A DNA stretch of 64,000 nucleotides from a bacterium. Its GTDB lineage: Bacteria > UBA8248. The translations under genes and the position numbers were made by a program. Position 1 is the first letter of the stretch; each line of letters starts with the position of its first letter. The stretch lies in contig OZ253442.1 in NCBI GenBank assembly GCA_965261085.1, positions 320,001-384,000 of the forward strand, in the 5' to 3' direction. The notes beneath the pieces were generated by a model, which ran no database searches, was not told the origin of the DNA, and saw nothing but the letters and a program-made list of their open reading frames with translations. Shown here piece by piece: positions 48,521-58,909 of the stretch.

Positions 48521-49461
48521 TCGACAAACACCGGTCGGGGTGTGATGACGAGTTCGGGTATCCGGGCGTGATGGGTGTTCTTCATGAACACCCGAACGGC
48601 GTGGAAGGCGTGTTTGCGGATCAGGCGCTCAATCTCGGGCGCGCCATCGTAAGTCATGAGAAACTCCGCACCGCTATCGGCGAGCATTTCGAACAATCGC
48701 GCATGGTCTATCTCGTTGTGGGCATACAGCCGCTTTCCCGCCCGTTTTCCGCCTGCGGTGTAGGGCGGATCAGCGAATACAACCAGTTCGTGAATACGAT
48801 CCCTCAATAAATCGTCCAGCCACTTTATGCCGTCGGTTTCGGAAAAGCCGATGCGATCCGCATATTCGGTAATCTCACGCAGACGCTTCATGATCGTCTC
48901 GGGATACCAACGAGACGCGACGCCTTTTCCATTTTCTCCCGCGCGGCTCAATGACGCGCCAGGGGCGAGAATGCCGCCTCGGCGCGTCCGGTTCAGCACA
49001 AGAGTGCGGAAGCCGTGCCCGACCAAATCTTCCGGGGTCTGACGGGATAGCGCGTTCACGGCCTCTCGTGTCGGCTCGAAGCGCGCGATCCGCTCACAAA
49101 GCTCGGGGCCGTGGCGCAACGCCACATTCCAAAAGGCCGCCACGTCAGGGTCCAACTCCGCCATTAGGCATCGTTCCGCCAACCCTTCCATCACGGCGGT
49201 CAACGAGACGATGCCGCCACCGGTGAAGGGTTCGACAAGAAGTCGGGGGACTAGATTGAGATTTCGGAGCCAAACCCGGATATGGGGAATCAGCCACGTC
49301 TTGCCGCCAGGGTACCTGAGAGGACTACGCTGTGGCACCGAAGCGACGTTCACCGCCGGAATCGGCGAAAGCGGTATTGCGCCTATCTCGGCGCGCCTCG
49401 GTGTAGCGAATATCTGGGCTTGCCGCCCACTCGCCGCTTTAACTTCCACTGTATTCCTCAA
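48517..49461 (-). CDS. D12-class DNA methyltransferase
   Basis: RYPGGKTW, VEPFTGGG, FADPPY. Confidence 0.9.
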   Translation of the reverse strand: MRNTVEVKAASGRQAQIFATPRRAEIGAIPLSPIPAVNVASVPQRSPLRYPGGKTWLIPHIRVWLRNLNLVPRLLVEPFTGGGIVSLTAVMEGLAERCLMAELDPDVAAFWNVALRHGPELCERIARFEPTREAVNALSRQTPEDLVGHGFRTLVLNRTRRGGILAPGASLSRAGENGKGVASRWYPETIMKRLREITEYADRIGFSETDGIKWLDDLLRDRIHELVVFADPPYTAGGKRAGKRLYAHNEIDHARLFEMLADSGAEFLMTYDGAPEIERLIRKHAFHAVRVFMKNTHHARIPELVITPRPVFVD

Positions 49462-49588
49462 GCTGGCCTCGTAATCGTATTTCTTCAGGAAACCGGGCGG
49501 CGATGCTCATTATGCGCCAGGCATCAAATCCCGTCAAAACCAAAGCCGCCCAAATACCTCCCCACACGTCGAATTGCCCCGCGCCGCC

Positions 49589-50464
49589 TCACTCACCGAA
49601 GAAGTATTTCACCCCGAGCATCACGGAGAAGTGGTTCATGCCGCTGATTTCGGTGGTGTTCGTAAGATCGGGAACGGGGTGGAAGTCGTAGTCGCCCTTG
49701 GCCTCCATGTCGCCCACCATGGAGTAGGTGAGCTTCACGCCCACCAGCATCTTCTCGCTCACCCGGTAGTCGAGGCCCGCGTGCAGATGCGCGGATAAGA
49801 CGGTGTCGGTCAGGTCCTCGTTCTGGCGGCCGTTGTACTGCTCGGGCCTGTCGCAATCCGACGCAGGGTTCTTGCACGAGTATCGGGCCTCAAAGAACAC
49901 GCCCGAGAGTTCGACGAAAGAAACGCCCACGCCTGCGCCCACGTAGGGCGTGAAGCGGCTGCCGGGGAGTGAAAAATCGTAGTAGGCGTTCAGCGAGAGG
50001 GTGCGCGTCGTCAGATCATCGATAGTGGTGCTGGTCCTGCTCTGGTAGTTGCTCACCGGGCGGGCCATGCTGCGCGAGCCGCCCAGATAGGTGATGCCGG
50101 TGAATTTCTGTTCGACGTCGTTTTTCCGCTGGGCCAGCGCCAGTTCCATGCGAATTGCGCCGAAGTAGCGGCCGATGGAAATCTCGAACGCGGCGCCGTC
50201 GTCCGCATCCAGGTCGTAGTACCACCGGTAGCCTTCGGGCCTGTCATTGACCAAGTGGCTGCAGTCGTCTTCGGGGTAGCAGATGTTGTCGCGGTTGTGG
50301 CCCGCCTGCTCGATCCCCGAAGCCTTGTTAATCCCTGCGCCGGCGCCCACGTACCAGCCGGAGGGCTTCGCCTGCTGGGCGGCGCTCGCACCCGCCAAGC
50401 CCAGGATTGCGCACAGCGCCAGCGCGGTCATGATGACGCGCAGTTTTATGGATGATGCTCGCAT
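49589..50464 (-). CDS. Outer-membrane beta-barrel protein (P44/Msp2/opacity-like)
   Basis: Signal peptide, GWYVGAGAG, NAYYDF, FTPYVGAGVG, C-terminal GVKYFF. Confidence 0.8.
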   Translation of the reverse strand: MRASSIKLRVIMTALALCAILGLAGASAAQQAKPSGWYVGAGAGINKASGIEQAGHNRDNICYPEDDCSHLVNDRPEGYRWYYDLDADDGAAFEISIGRYFGAIRMELALAQRKNDVEQKFTGITYLGGSRSMARPVSNYQSRTSTTIDDLTTRTLSLNAYYDFSLPGSRFTPYVGAGVGVSFVELSGVFFEARYSCKNPASDCDRPEQYNGRQNEDLTDTVLSAHLHAGLDYRVSEKMLVGVKLTYSMVGDMEAKGDYDFHPVPDLTNTTEISGMNHFSVMLGVKYFFGE

Positions 50465-50574
50465 TTCTTTCCTCCCGCTTTGCTATTCGATGGTTTGATG
50501 CGGAACCTCGTGGTGAACGTCGCTTTAGCGCGGCGGCCGCCGCGCGTCAAGAGCCGCTCGCGGCGCTATGTTTC

Positions 50575-51020
50575 TTAAGCCGGATTCTCCGGGTGCCGTT
50601 CGACCCGCACCTCTGAGCCGAGAACCGAACCGGTGGTCCCTCGAAACACGCCCCGGCTCGGCGGGACGTCGGTGTAGTCGCGGCCCACCGCCACGCGGAC
50701 GTGGCGCTCGCCTCCCTCGATATTGTTGGTCGGGTCGAAGCCCGTCCACCCCACGCCCGGAAACCAGCACTCCACCCAGGCGTGGCTCTCACCCGTGGCC
50801 TCGCCTGCGGCTTCTGGCCCGAGATAGCCCGACACGTAGCGGCACGGAACCCCCCAGCCGCGCATGATGGAGGCCATCACGTACGCGTAGTCCTGACAAA
50901 CCCCCCGCCCGGTCTCGAGAATCTCTTCGATGGGCGAGTCCACCCGGGTGTGGCCCGGAATGTATTCGAAGACATCGTGGAGTTTTGCGCAAAGCGCGCG
51001 CGCATCACCACACCCATCGA
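50575..51020 (-). pseudogene. 5'-truncated transglutaminase family gene
   Basis: GVCQD, RYVSGY, SHAWVE, FDPTN, GRDY.DV.P present, but the N-terminal half is absent. Confidence 0.7.
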
Positions 51021-51325
51021 CCGGTAATCCCGCTTTCCTCAGGCGCAAACCCTCTCTTTTCTTTTCGTGACGAATAATTATCGATAAAGAGTAAATTTAC
51101 TTCTATATTTGCAATAAATTGGCCTAACCGAAGCGAATTCACCTCGGCTCGACTAGCAGTCGTTAAGATTGTGGTTGCGCTGGATTACTGCTTGTCGTAG
51201 TATTTTTATTGCATCGCAACACAATACCAATGAGCCTGATAGGGTGGTTGGCCGTTGATTTTCGGCCTGCGAACCAGCCGCGCATGACGCGGAGGAAAAA
51301 CAACTCTCATGAAAAGGAGAACCGC

Positions 51326-52441
51326 ATGAAACGTCGTGACTTTATTGCCGGTACCGCGGCCGGGACCGCCGCTGCGGTCGTGGCGGGCAGCGGGTTGGCC
51401 CAGGCCCAGAAGGCGCCCGCCATGATGAGAAAGCGCATCGAGATCGCCATCGTCACCACTTGGCCGCGCGATTTCCCCGGACTCGGCACCGGGGCGCAGC
51501 GCTTCGCCAAACGGCTCCAGGATATGAGCGACGGCCGCATCAAGGTGAGCTACTTCGCCGCCGGCGAGCGTGTCGGCGCCTTCGACTCGTTCGACGCAGT
51601 CGCTTCGGGCAACGCGCAGGCCTACCATGCGGCCGACTACTACTGGAAAGGTAAGCATCCGGGTTGGGCCTATTTCACTTCCGTGCCTTTCGGCCTCACC
51701 TACACCGAGATGAACGCCTGGATCCGTTTCGGCGGAGGACAGCAACTCTGGGACGAGCTGGCCGGGGAGTTCGGACTCAAGGGCCTCATGTGCGGCAACA
51801 CGGGCGTCCAGATGGGCGGCTGGTTCCGCAAGGAGATCAACAGCGCCGACGACCTCAAGGGCCTCAAGATGCGCATCCCGGGCCTCGGCGGCGACGTCAT
51901 GGCGAAGCTCGGCGCCTCGCCGGTGTCCCTGCCGGGCGGGCAGATATACGAGAACCTCGTTTCGGGCGCCATCGACGCCACCGAATGGGTGGGGCCGTGG
52001 AACGACGAGGTCATGAAGTTCTACGAAGCGGCCAAGTACTACTACTATCCGGGCATGCACGAGCCGGGCTCGATGCTTTCGGCGGGCTTCAACAAGAAGT
52101 TCTGGGATTCGTTGTCGAAGGCCGATCAGACGCTGATCGAGGCCGCGGCCTCCATGGAGAACGACGTGATGATGGCCGAGTACAACGCCAAGAACGGGGC
52201 GGCGCTGGCTCGGCTGACGCGCGATCAGGGAGTCCAGGTGCGCAAGTTCAACGACGACATCTACGACTCGTTCGGGAAAGCGGCCGAGGAAGTCTTTGCG
52301 GGGGTGGTGACCCACAGCGACCTCGCCAAGCGCATCCACGAAAGCTTCGACAAGTCGCGTCGGGAGATCGGCGGCTGGTCGAATCTCTCAGACCAGGCAT
52401 ACGTGGCGCAGCGCAACCGTGTGCTGGGTGTTACCAGCTAA
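51326..52441 (+). CDS. dctP: TRAP transporter substrate-binding protein (TakP-like, Tat signal)
   Basis: MKRRDF, GNTGVQMGGWF, GLKMRIPGLGG, EWVGP, YYYPGMHEP. Confidence 0.92.
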   Translation: MKRRDFIAGTAAGTAAAVVAGSGLAQAQKAPAMMRKRIEIAIVTTWPRDFPGLGTGAQRFAKRLQDMSDGRIKVSYFAAGERVGAFDSFDAVASGNAQAYHAADYYWKGKHPGWAYFTSVPFGLTYTEMNAWIRFGGGQQLWDELAGEFGLKGLMCGNTGVQMGGWFRKEINSADDLKGLKMRIPGLGGDVMAKLGASPVSLPGGQIYENLVSGAIDATEWVGPWNDEVMKFYEAAKYYYYPGMHEPGSMLSAGFNKKFWDSLSKADQTLIEAAASMENDVMMAEYNAKNGAALARLTRDQGVQVRKFNDDIYDSFGKAAEEVFAGVVTHSDLAKRIHESFDKSRREIGGWSNLSDQAYVAQRNRVLGVTS

Positions 52442-52483
52442 ATGTCCGGCGCATAGTGTGACAGACCGCTACGGTTTCCCACG

Positions 52484-53491
52484 GTGACGGAGGCTCAGTT
52501 GGACGCGGACGGCAGACGGCCCGGCATCGCGGATGCGCTCTACCGCGCATTCGCGCTGTCGCTGGCCGCCACGACGTTCGTTTTCCTTTTCAATAACTAT
52601 CTGGTCTTCTGGCGGGGCTGGCCGGGTGTCGCGCGTATCCTCGGGGGGGCGCCGCCCGGCGGGACGGCGCTTATCCAGGCATGGTTGCAACTCACCTGCT
52701 ACGTCCTTCCGGTCGTCGCCATCACCATCTTCGCGCTCAGGACCCGGGAGAGGCCGTTCGCGTCGGACGCAGCACTTCTCAGCTCCGTCACCGCTTATAT
52801 CATCGCTGCGGCCTTTTGGTCGACGTTCTTTATCGGCATCGTCGACGGAGTCATATCGTTCCTGCGCGTGGAAGGGCTGTTGCCCGCGCTGTTCGGCAAG
52901 AAGCTGGCTCAGCAACTGGGCGTCTCGAACTTCCGCGGCCTCTACGTGCATTTCCCGCTGATGCTCATGGCGGTGGTGGTGGCCTGCTTCAAGCGTGGGC
53001 TCGACTTCATCTGGCTTTCGCTGTTCGTGGTCGTCGCCGAGTTCCAGATCGTCATCGCGCGCTTCATCTTCTCCTATGAGCAGGCTTTCATGGGAGATCT
53101 GGTCCGTTTCTGGTACGCCGCGCTGTTCCTGTTCTCCAGCTCTCATACCCTGTTCGCAGAAGGCCACGTCCGCGTGGACGTGCTGTACACGCATTTCAAC
53201 GAACGGCGCAAGGCCCTGGTCAACGCGTGGGGTTGCATGGTGCTGGGCGTGCCGCTGTGCTGGACCATTCTCGCCGTCGGCATGGCGGGCAAGGCGTCCG
53301 TCATCAACAGCCCGCTGCTTTATTTCGAAACGTCCCAGAGCGGGTACGGTCTCTACGTCAAGTACCTGATGGCGGGTTTTCTCGCCGTGTACGCCGTGTC
53401 CATGATGACGCAGTTCCTGGCGTTCTTCCTTGACTCCATGGCGATTCTTCGCGGGCAGACCGCGAGCCACCCGACACCCGATCCGGCCTGA
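52484..53491 (+). CDS. dctQ: TRAP small permease with extra N-terminal TM region
   Basis: GHVRVDV motif; multiple TM segments; operon position. Confidence 0.85.
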   Translation: MTEAQLDADGRRPGIADALYRAFALSLAATTFVFLFNNYLVFWRGWPGVARILGGAPPGGTALIQAWLQLTCYVLPVVAITIFALRTRERPFASDAALLSSVTAYIIAAAFWSTFFIGIVDGVISFLRVEGLLPALFGKKLAQQLGVSNFRGLYVHFPLMLMAVVVACFKRGLDFIWLSLFVVVAEFQIVIARFIFSYEQAFMGDLVRFWYAALFLFSSSHTLFAEGHVRVDVLYTHFNERRKALVNAWGCMVLGVPLCWTILAVGMAGKASVINSPLLYFETSQSGYGLYVKYLMAGFLAVYAVSMMTQFLAFFLDSMAILRGQTASHPTPDPA

Positions 53492-53493
53492 CC

Positions 53494-56145
53494 GTGGAGC
53501 TTTTCTTCCTCGCACTGCTGATCCTGGCTATGGCCGGGGCGCTGGCATCGGGTTACCCGGTGGCCTTCGCGCTGCCCGGCGCGGCCATCCTGACCATCGG
53601 ACTCGCAGCGTTCACCGGCTACATCTTTGCCGGGGACGCAAGCGCCTTCTTCACGCAGGACGGCCCCGTCCAGTGGCTTACGGCCGGTGTCACCAATTTC
53701 CGGGGCGTCTACTGGGAAGTCGAGCGCGACACCATTATCGCCGTGCCGTTGTTCGTGTTCATGGGCATCATGCTGCAACAGTCCAAGATCGCCGAAGACC
53801 TGCTGGTGACCATGGCGCGCCTTTTCGGGCCGGTTCCGGGCGGTCTCGGCATCTCGGTGGTGCTGGTGGGGGCGCTGCTCGCCGCCACCACCGGCATCCT
53901 CGGCGCCACCGTGGTGGCCATGGGCCTCATCTCGCTGCCGGCCATGTTGCGCAACGGCTACTCGCGCCGGCTCGCCACCGGGACCATTTCCGCGGCGGGC
54001 ACGCTGGGGCAGATCATCCCGCCCTCCGTGGTGCTCATCATCCTGGCCGACCAGCTCTCCAACGCCACCGATCAGGCGGGCACGTTGCGTCAGGCGGACT
54101 TCAAGTCGGCCACCGGCCAGTTCATCATGCCCACGGAGTTCGGCATCACGTCGGCCAGCGCCGGCGACATGTTCCTGGGCGCCATCGTGCCCGGCCTAAT
54201 AATGGTGGGCCTGTACGTCATCTATATTCTCTCGGTCGCGCTCATACGGCCCGGCAACGCGCCGGCCATCCCCATCGAAGGACGCATCGACCGCCAGTTC
54301 GTCGTCCGCGTGGTGTTGGCCCTGGTTCCGCCCCTGGCGCTCATCCTGGCCGTGCTCGGATCCATCATCGCGGGTATCGCGACGGTCAATCAGGCCGGCG
54401 CCATCGGCGCCGTCGGCGCCACCATCATGGCGGGGTACCGGTTGGCCGAAGGGCGACGCGGGTGCTACACGCCGGCCATTATCGCGGCTGTTTCACTGCT
54501 CGCGCTCTCCATCCTGCTGGCCACCGTCGACCTGAACATACGCACCATTCACAGCGCCTACGAGGCCATCGGCGTGACGCTTGCCGCCATCGCGGTCGTC
54601 GGGCTGCTGGTCGCCGTGACCTGGAGCGGCTGGCGCGCCTACCGCGCCGAGAAGATGCTCGCGGGCGTCATGGTCGAGACCGCCAAGACCACGGCCATGG
54701 TCTTCATCATCCTCCTGGGCGCCGCCATGCTGACGGCGGCCTTCCGAAGCTTCGGCGGCGAGGAGTTGGTGAAGGAATTTCTCACCACGCTGCCCGGCGG
54801 TTTCTGGAGCCAGTTCATCGTCGTCATGGCGGTGATCTTCATCCTCGGGTTTTTCCTCGATTTCATCGAGATCGCGGTGGTGGTGGTGCCCATCGTGGCC
54901 CCCATCCTGCTCGCGGACCCCTCGGCCAACATCACCGCGGTCTGGCTCGGGGTGATGATAGGCGTCAACATGCAGACCTCCTTCCTGACGCCGCCGTTCG
55001 GTTTCGCACTCTTCTATCTGCGCGGAGTCGCGCCGCCCTCCGTGCTGACGACTGACATCTACCGGGGCGTGGTCCCGTTCATCGCGCTGCAACTCGTGGC
55101 CCTGGCCATCGTCGGTTTCTATCCTCCCCTGGTGAACTACCTGCCGACGCGCACGTCGCTCACCGGAGAGACCGCGCCGCCTCCCCGGAACCCGCGCCTC
55201 CAGGCCTGCCTGGAGCAGTACCTGTTCGAGCGCTACGACCGCGACGGCGAGACGATTCGCGCGAGCATACGAACCGCCCAAAAACTCGATACCAGCTATC
55301 TGCCGGTGAAAATCCGCAAGCAACTGACCGGCGGCATGGAGAAGGCCGCCCGGACCTTCGATCTGGTTTCCGAAGTGCGCCGCGCCAGCCTGGAGCGAAA
55401 GACGTACGGGGAGACCTACAAGGACGTACATACCGTCGTTCGACGGGTCAACGCGGATGAGAAGCGGATCGCCCGCGAGATCCGCGAGCTCCGCACCACC
55501 ATCCGGCGCATGGGACCAGATGCGGACGAGGCGGCGGCGTTTCGTCACGAAATCGATGAGTTGACGAAGCAAAGGGTTCGCGTGGAGGCGAGGCGTCCCG
55601 AAGGCGGAAAGGAAATGCGCAGGCGTTACCTGTCTCTGGAAAAGAAGGAGACCGGCGCCCGCCGCGCCTACCGGCGCAATGTCGACGACGCCTACGCCTC
55701 CGTGCTTTCGGTGCGTGAGATGCTGGCGAAGGTACCTGCCCTGAAGAAAGCCGGCGCAAAGCTCAAGGGGTTGCCGGAAATCCTGCAAACGCAGACGGCC
55801 AAAAAGGCGGGTTCCGCCATCCGTGACGCCGAGCGGGCGTTCCGGGGCGTTCCCGGAACCTACGATTTACGCTCCACCCTCTCCAGGGCGCGTTCCGACG
55901 CGAGGCGAGGCGCATCCGGCCGCAAGCGCGCCGCGAAGCGCCTGAATGATGTGATCGCCCTCCTCGAGCGCGAGGTGGCGTGGCGGTCCCGGGCCGCCAG
56001 GGAACTGGACTCCGGTCTGGCCGCCTACGAGACCGCACTGCGCGGAACCATCGGCATCCGGCAGCTAGAGCGGCTGCCGACCCGGATCGCAAAACCCGTG
56101 GCGACCTGCATGTCGCACCACCGCGACATCTCGTTGAGCTTCTAG
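53494..56145 (+). CDS. dctM: TRAP large permease with ~330-aa soluble C-terminal extension
   Basis: AVPLFVFMG, GTLGQIIPPS, GFFLDFIEI, QTSFLTPPFG. Confidence 0.9.
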   Translation: MELFFLALLILAMAGALASGYPVAFALPGAAILTIGLAAFTGYIFAGDASAFFTQDGPVQWLTAGVTNFRGVYWEVERDTIIAVPLFVFMGIMLQQSKIAEDLLVTMARLFGPVPGGLGISVVLVGALLAATTGILGATVVAMGLISLPAMLRNGYSRRLATGTISAAGTLGQIIPPSVVLIILADQLSNATDQAGTLRQADFKSATGQFIMPTEFGITSASAGDMFLGAIVPGLIMVGLYVIYILSVALIRPGNAPAIPIEGRIDRQFVVRVVLALVPPLALILAVLGSIIAGIATVNQAGAIGAVGATIMAGYRLAEGRRGCYTPAIIAAVSLLALSILLATVDLNIRTIHSAYEAIGVTLAAIAVVGLLVAVTWSGWRAYRAEKMLAGVMVETAKTTAMVFIILLGAAMLTAAFRSFGGEELVKEFLTTLPGGFWSQFIVVMAVIFILGFFLDFIEIAVVVVPIVAPILLADPSANITAVWLGVMIGVNMQTSFLTPPFGFALFYLRGVAPPSVLTTDIYRGVVPFIALQLVALAIVGFYPPLVNYLPTRTSLTGETAPPPRNPRLQACLEQYLFERYDRDGETIRASIRTAQKLDTSYLPVKIRKQLTGGMEKAARTFDLVSEVRRASLERKTYGETYKDVHTVVRRVNADEKRIAREIRELRTTIRRMGPDADEAAAFRHEIDELTKQRVRVEARRPEGGKEMRRRYLSLEKKETGARRAYRRNVDDAYASVLSVREMLAKVPALKKAGAKLKGLPEILQTQTAKKAGSAIRDAERAFRGVPGTYDLRSTLSRARSDARRGASGRKRAAKRLNDVIALLEREVAWRSRAARELDSGLAAYETALRGTIGIRQLERLPTRIAKPVATCMSHHRDISLSF

Positions 56146-56664
56146 TAGCGCCATCCGTGAGCCTCCAACCGGCAGTCCGGCAATGCCGGCTCAATCAGTT
56201 GCAGACATGGCCACCCCTGAAAACGTTGGCGAAAAGCGAGTCAGGAAAGAATTGAAAATAGGGCATCCAGTCGTATCATTACCGGCGCAATCTATTTAGA
56301 TGCCTATTTTTATCCCGTTCAGGTGATATATCGAGCCGTTTTCATCAGGCATGAAATTCTCTTGTCCCATTGATATCATTTCAAATATCTATTCTCATCA
56401 ATCTCATCCGGAATCCGCCTTCTTTAATATGTCATCAAAACGAAAACGGCTTTATTAAAACCCCCGCGCATCCCGGCGCGTCTTCTCGGATTATCCTGCA
56501 AACTTCTTCCCATATCCGGCTCGCGCCTGTGACGCAACCCGTTCGAAGCTCACCATACGCGCCTTGGCTTGAGCAGGGAGAGGCGGCCGGTGCGCGCATT
56601 CACCCACTCGCGCGTCACTCGGGCGGCGGAACGTACCCGGCACCCTCGAAAAACGCCTTGCCTT

Positions 56665-56916
56665 TCAGATCATCCCGCCGATGAAACCTTGCTTGCGAGT
56701 TCTGGCGACCGGTTCGAGATGCGCCTTCCTGGAGCGGCATTCCCGGCAGCGCAGGAGGGGCTCCAGGTCTTCCACGCGCATTCCGCGATGCACTTTTTCC
56801 GTCCCCGGCCGGGCCAGTATCTCGGCGGGCTCCAGGGCCGTCTCCCGGCCGCAGTTCTTGCATACCGCGATGAAATACCAGTCTCCCCCGGCGTAATCGC
56901 CCAGGCAAAGCGCCAC
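56665..56916 (-). CDS. Small Zn-ribbon protein (CKNC...CREC), 83 aa
   Basis: GTG overlaps the polymerase TAG (TAGTG); GAGGA RBS; two CxxC pairs. Confidence 0.65.
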   Translation of the reverse strand: MALCLGDYAGGDWYFIAVCKNCGRETALEPAEILARPGTEKVHRGMRVEDLEPLLRCRECRSRKAHLEPVARTRKQGFIGGMI

Positions 56917-58154
56917 TACTGGAAATCCTCCAGTTGAGGAATGCGGCCGTACGCAATCTTGGCCCCCGCGTAGCCGCCCGGAGGAGCGCACCCGCCGTAG
57001 CCGACGAGGGTGCGCGCATAGCGGCCATTGATCGAATCGACGGCGGCGGTAAGCCTTCCCAGCCGACGCCCCTCGTCCGGCTTTCCAAATGGCAGCTCGA
57101 GCTGCGCTTCATCCGAGGGGACGAGGCGGTCGAACGACACGGTGACCCGGAACAGGGCGGCCCGGCCCCGCGCCCTGGTGAGTGCGGTCCAGAGCGCCGA
57201 GAGGACGCCGAGGCAGGTCAGATCGTCGTTCGCTCTTTCGACGAGCGTCGAGGCCGTCCAGGAGGGCGCATCGAGGCAGTCGGCCGACAGGGTGAGCCTC
57301 CGGGCGAGGAACCCCTCCCGGCGCAGACGCCGGGCCGCCTTCACCACCAGTTGCCTGGCCATCGGCCGGGCGGAGAGCGCGCCGCGCTCCCCCGGAGGCA
57401 GGACCCGGCCGTGGCCGATCGAGCCACGCCTCGTCACCGGCGGTTCCACGGCATAGCCGTGGAGCGCGTACCAACAGCGCTCGCCGGCCACGTTGCCCCA
57501 GACCGAACGCAGCCGTCCGGGGCTGGTGTTCCAAACCTCCTCGATCGTGGCTATCCCGCTGCGCTTCAAACGCGCGTGCATGCGACTGCCTACCCCGGGC
57601 AACGCCTCGAGCCCGAGGTGGAGCAGAGGACCCGGCAGGTCGCCGGGAAGCAGCACCGTCAGACCGTCCGGCTTTTCCAGGTCCGCGGCGATCTTGGCGA
57701 GCCACCTGTTGGGCGCGCAGCCGATGGAGCAGGTGATGCGCTCCCCGACGGCCGCCCGCACCCGGCTCTTGATCCTTCCCGCGATCTCCTCGGGGCGGTC
57801 CCGACCCCCCAGAACGGCGGCGCACTCGTCGATCGAGCAAACGACGTCAATCGGCAGCACGGAGAGCACCGCAGCGATGATCCGGTGGTGGATCCGGACG
57901 TACAGATCCGGCCGCTGCGGCGGGAGAGCTATCCCGGGGCACAACCGGCGGGCTTCTGCGATCGGAGTCCCGGTCTTGACGCCGAACCTCTTGGCCGCGG
58001 CGTTGGCGGCTATCACGCAACTGTTGCGCGCCCCCGCAAACGGTATGACTCCAACGGGGCGGCCGTGCAGGCCGGGGTCCGCCTGCTCTTCGCAGGAAGC
58101 GAAAAAGCCGTCGAAATCGATATAGAGCCGCTTCGATTCGCTTGGTCGGCGCAT
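56916..58154 (-). CDS. Y-family DNA polymerase (DinB/UmuC-like)
   Basis: YIDFDGFFASCE, SIDE, LAKIA.D..KPDG, LPGVG. Confidence 0.92.
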   Translation of the reverse strand: MRRPSESKRLYIDFDGFFASCEEQADPGLHGRPVGVIPFAGARNSCVIAANAAAKRFGVKTGTPIAEARRLCPGIALPPQRPDLYVRIHHRIIAAVLSVLPIDVVCSIDECAAVLGGRDRPEEIAGRIKSRVRAAVGERITCSIGCAPNRWLAKIAADLEKPDGLTVLLPGDLPGPLLHLGLEALPGVGSRMHARLKRSGIATIEEVWNTSPGRLRSVWGNVAGERCWYALHGYAVEPPVTRRGSIGHGRVLPPGERGALSARPMARQLVVKAARRLRREGFLARRLTLSADCLDAPSWTASTLVERANDDLTCLGVLSALWTALTRARGRAALFRVTVSFDRLVPSDEAQLELPFGKPDEGRRLGRLTAAVDSINGRYARTLVGYGGCAPPGGYAGAKIAYGRIPQLEDFQ

Positions 58155-58167
58155 GGCTCACCATGGA

Positions 58168-58182
58168 GAACAAAAAGCGAAA
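58168..58182. promoter_or_regulatory. Alphaproteobacterial-type LexA box (GAAC-N7-GAAC-like)
   Basis: GAAC-AAAAAGC-GAAA 14 nt upstream of the Y-family polymerase start. Confidence 0.5.
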
Positions 58183-58294
58183 ATAACACATGACGAGCGG
58201 CCCATGCAAGATGAAAATCGGTGGCGCGCGCGATGTGATCTCCACCGGATCGTCCCCGAGCCGCCTTGCGGCGTTATCGTTGCCGGTCCGTCAG

Positions 58295-58323
58295 TTGACA
58301 GTCGACGCCTGACACTTTAGTTT
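58295..58323 (+). promoter_or_regulatory. Sigma70 promoter of higBA with overlapping inverted repeat (probable leaderless mRNA)
   Basis: TTGACA-17 nt-TAGTTT, ATG 7 nt downstream; GTCAG...CTGAC palindrome. Confidence 0.6.
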
Positions 58324-58329
58324 TGGTCA

Positions 58330-58608
58330 ATGATCGCGTCTTTCAACCACCGGGGCCTGAAAGCACTCTACGATGAGCGAGCGGCGCGGTGGGTTGCGCC
58401 GGAGCATGTCCAGAAGCTGAGGGATGTCCTGGCTGTTCTCGACAGGAGCCGACGGCCACAGGACGTCGATATTCCCGGTTTCCGGCTCCATCCACTGAAG
58501 GGTGAACTGAAGGGCCATTACGCCGTGGCGGTCTCGGGGAACTGGCGGGTGACCTTTCGGTTCGAAGAGGGGGACGTAGTCGACGTGGATTACCTCGACT
58601 ACCATTGA
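58330..58608 (+). CDS. higB: HigB-family toxin
   Basis: I.SF.HRGLK.L, PGFRLHPLKG, VSGNWRVTFRF, DYLDYH. Confidence 0.93.
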   Translation: MIASFNHRGLKALYDERAARWVAPEHVQKLRDVLAVLDRSRRPQDVDIPGFRLHPLKGELKGHYAVAVSGNWRVTFRFEEGDVVDVDYLDYH

Positions 58609-58621
58609 TGGGGGTAAAGTG

Positions 58622-58909
58622 ATGGCGATGAAAAATCCTCCGCATCCGGGCGGGATCGTGAGGCGGCAATGTCTCGAACCGCTCGGATTGTCCGTGACGA
58701 AGGCCGCCGAGGGCATCGGCGTCGCACGCCAGACCTTGTCGGAACTGCTCAACGAACGCACAGGGGTCTCCATAGAGATGGCGATTCGACTTTCCAAGGC
58801 GTTCGGCTCGACACCGGAGACCTGGCTCGGCCTACAGATGGCTTACGATCTTTGGCAGGCGCGCGCCCATGTCGACAAAATCAAGGTCGAGAAGTTCGGG
58901 GCGGCCTGA
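58622..58909 (+). CDS. higA: HigA-family antitoxin
   Basis: NPPHPG, HTH, MAIRLSKAFG.TPE.WL.LQ..YDL. Confidence 0.93.
   Translation: MAMKNPPHPGGIVRRQCLEPLGLSVTKAAEGIGVARQTLSELLNERTGVSIEMAIRLSKAFGSTPETWLGLQMAYDLWQARAHVDKIKVEKFGAA

Noticed and set aside
50528-50545. Palindrome containing a NotI site near the NotI-family gene
   Set aside because: Such sites are expected by chance at this GC content, and there is no evidence the enzyme recognises it
56255-56310. Imperfect inverted repeat AAAATAGGGCATC...GATGCCTATTTT
   Set aside because: Short, imperfect and single-copy; no function can be supported
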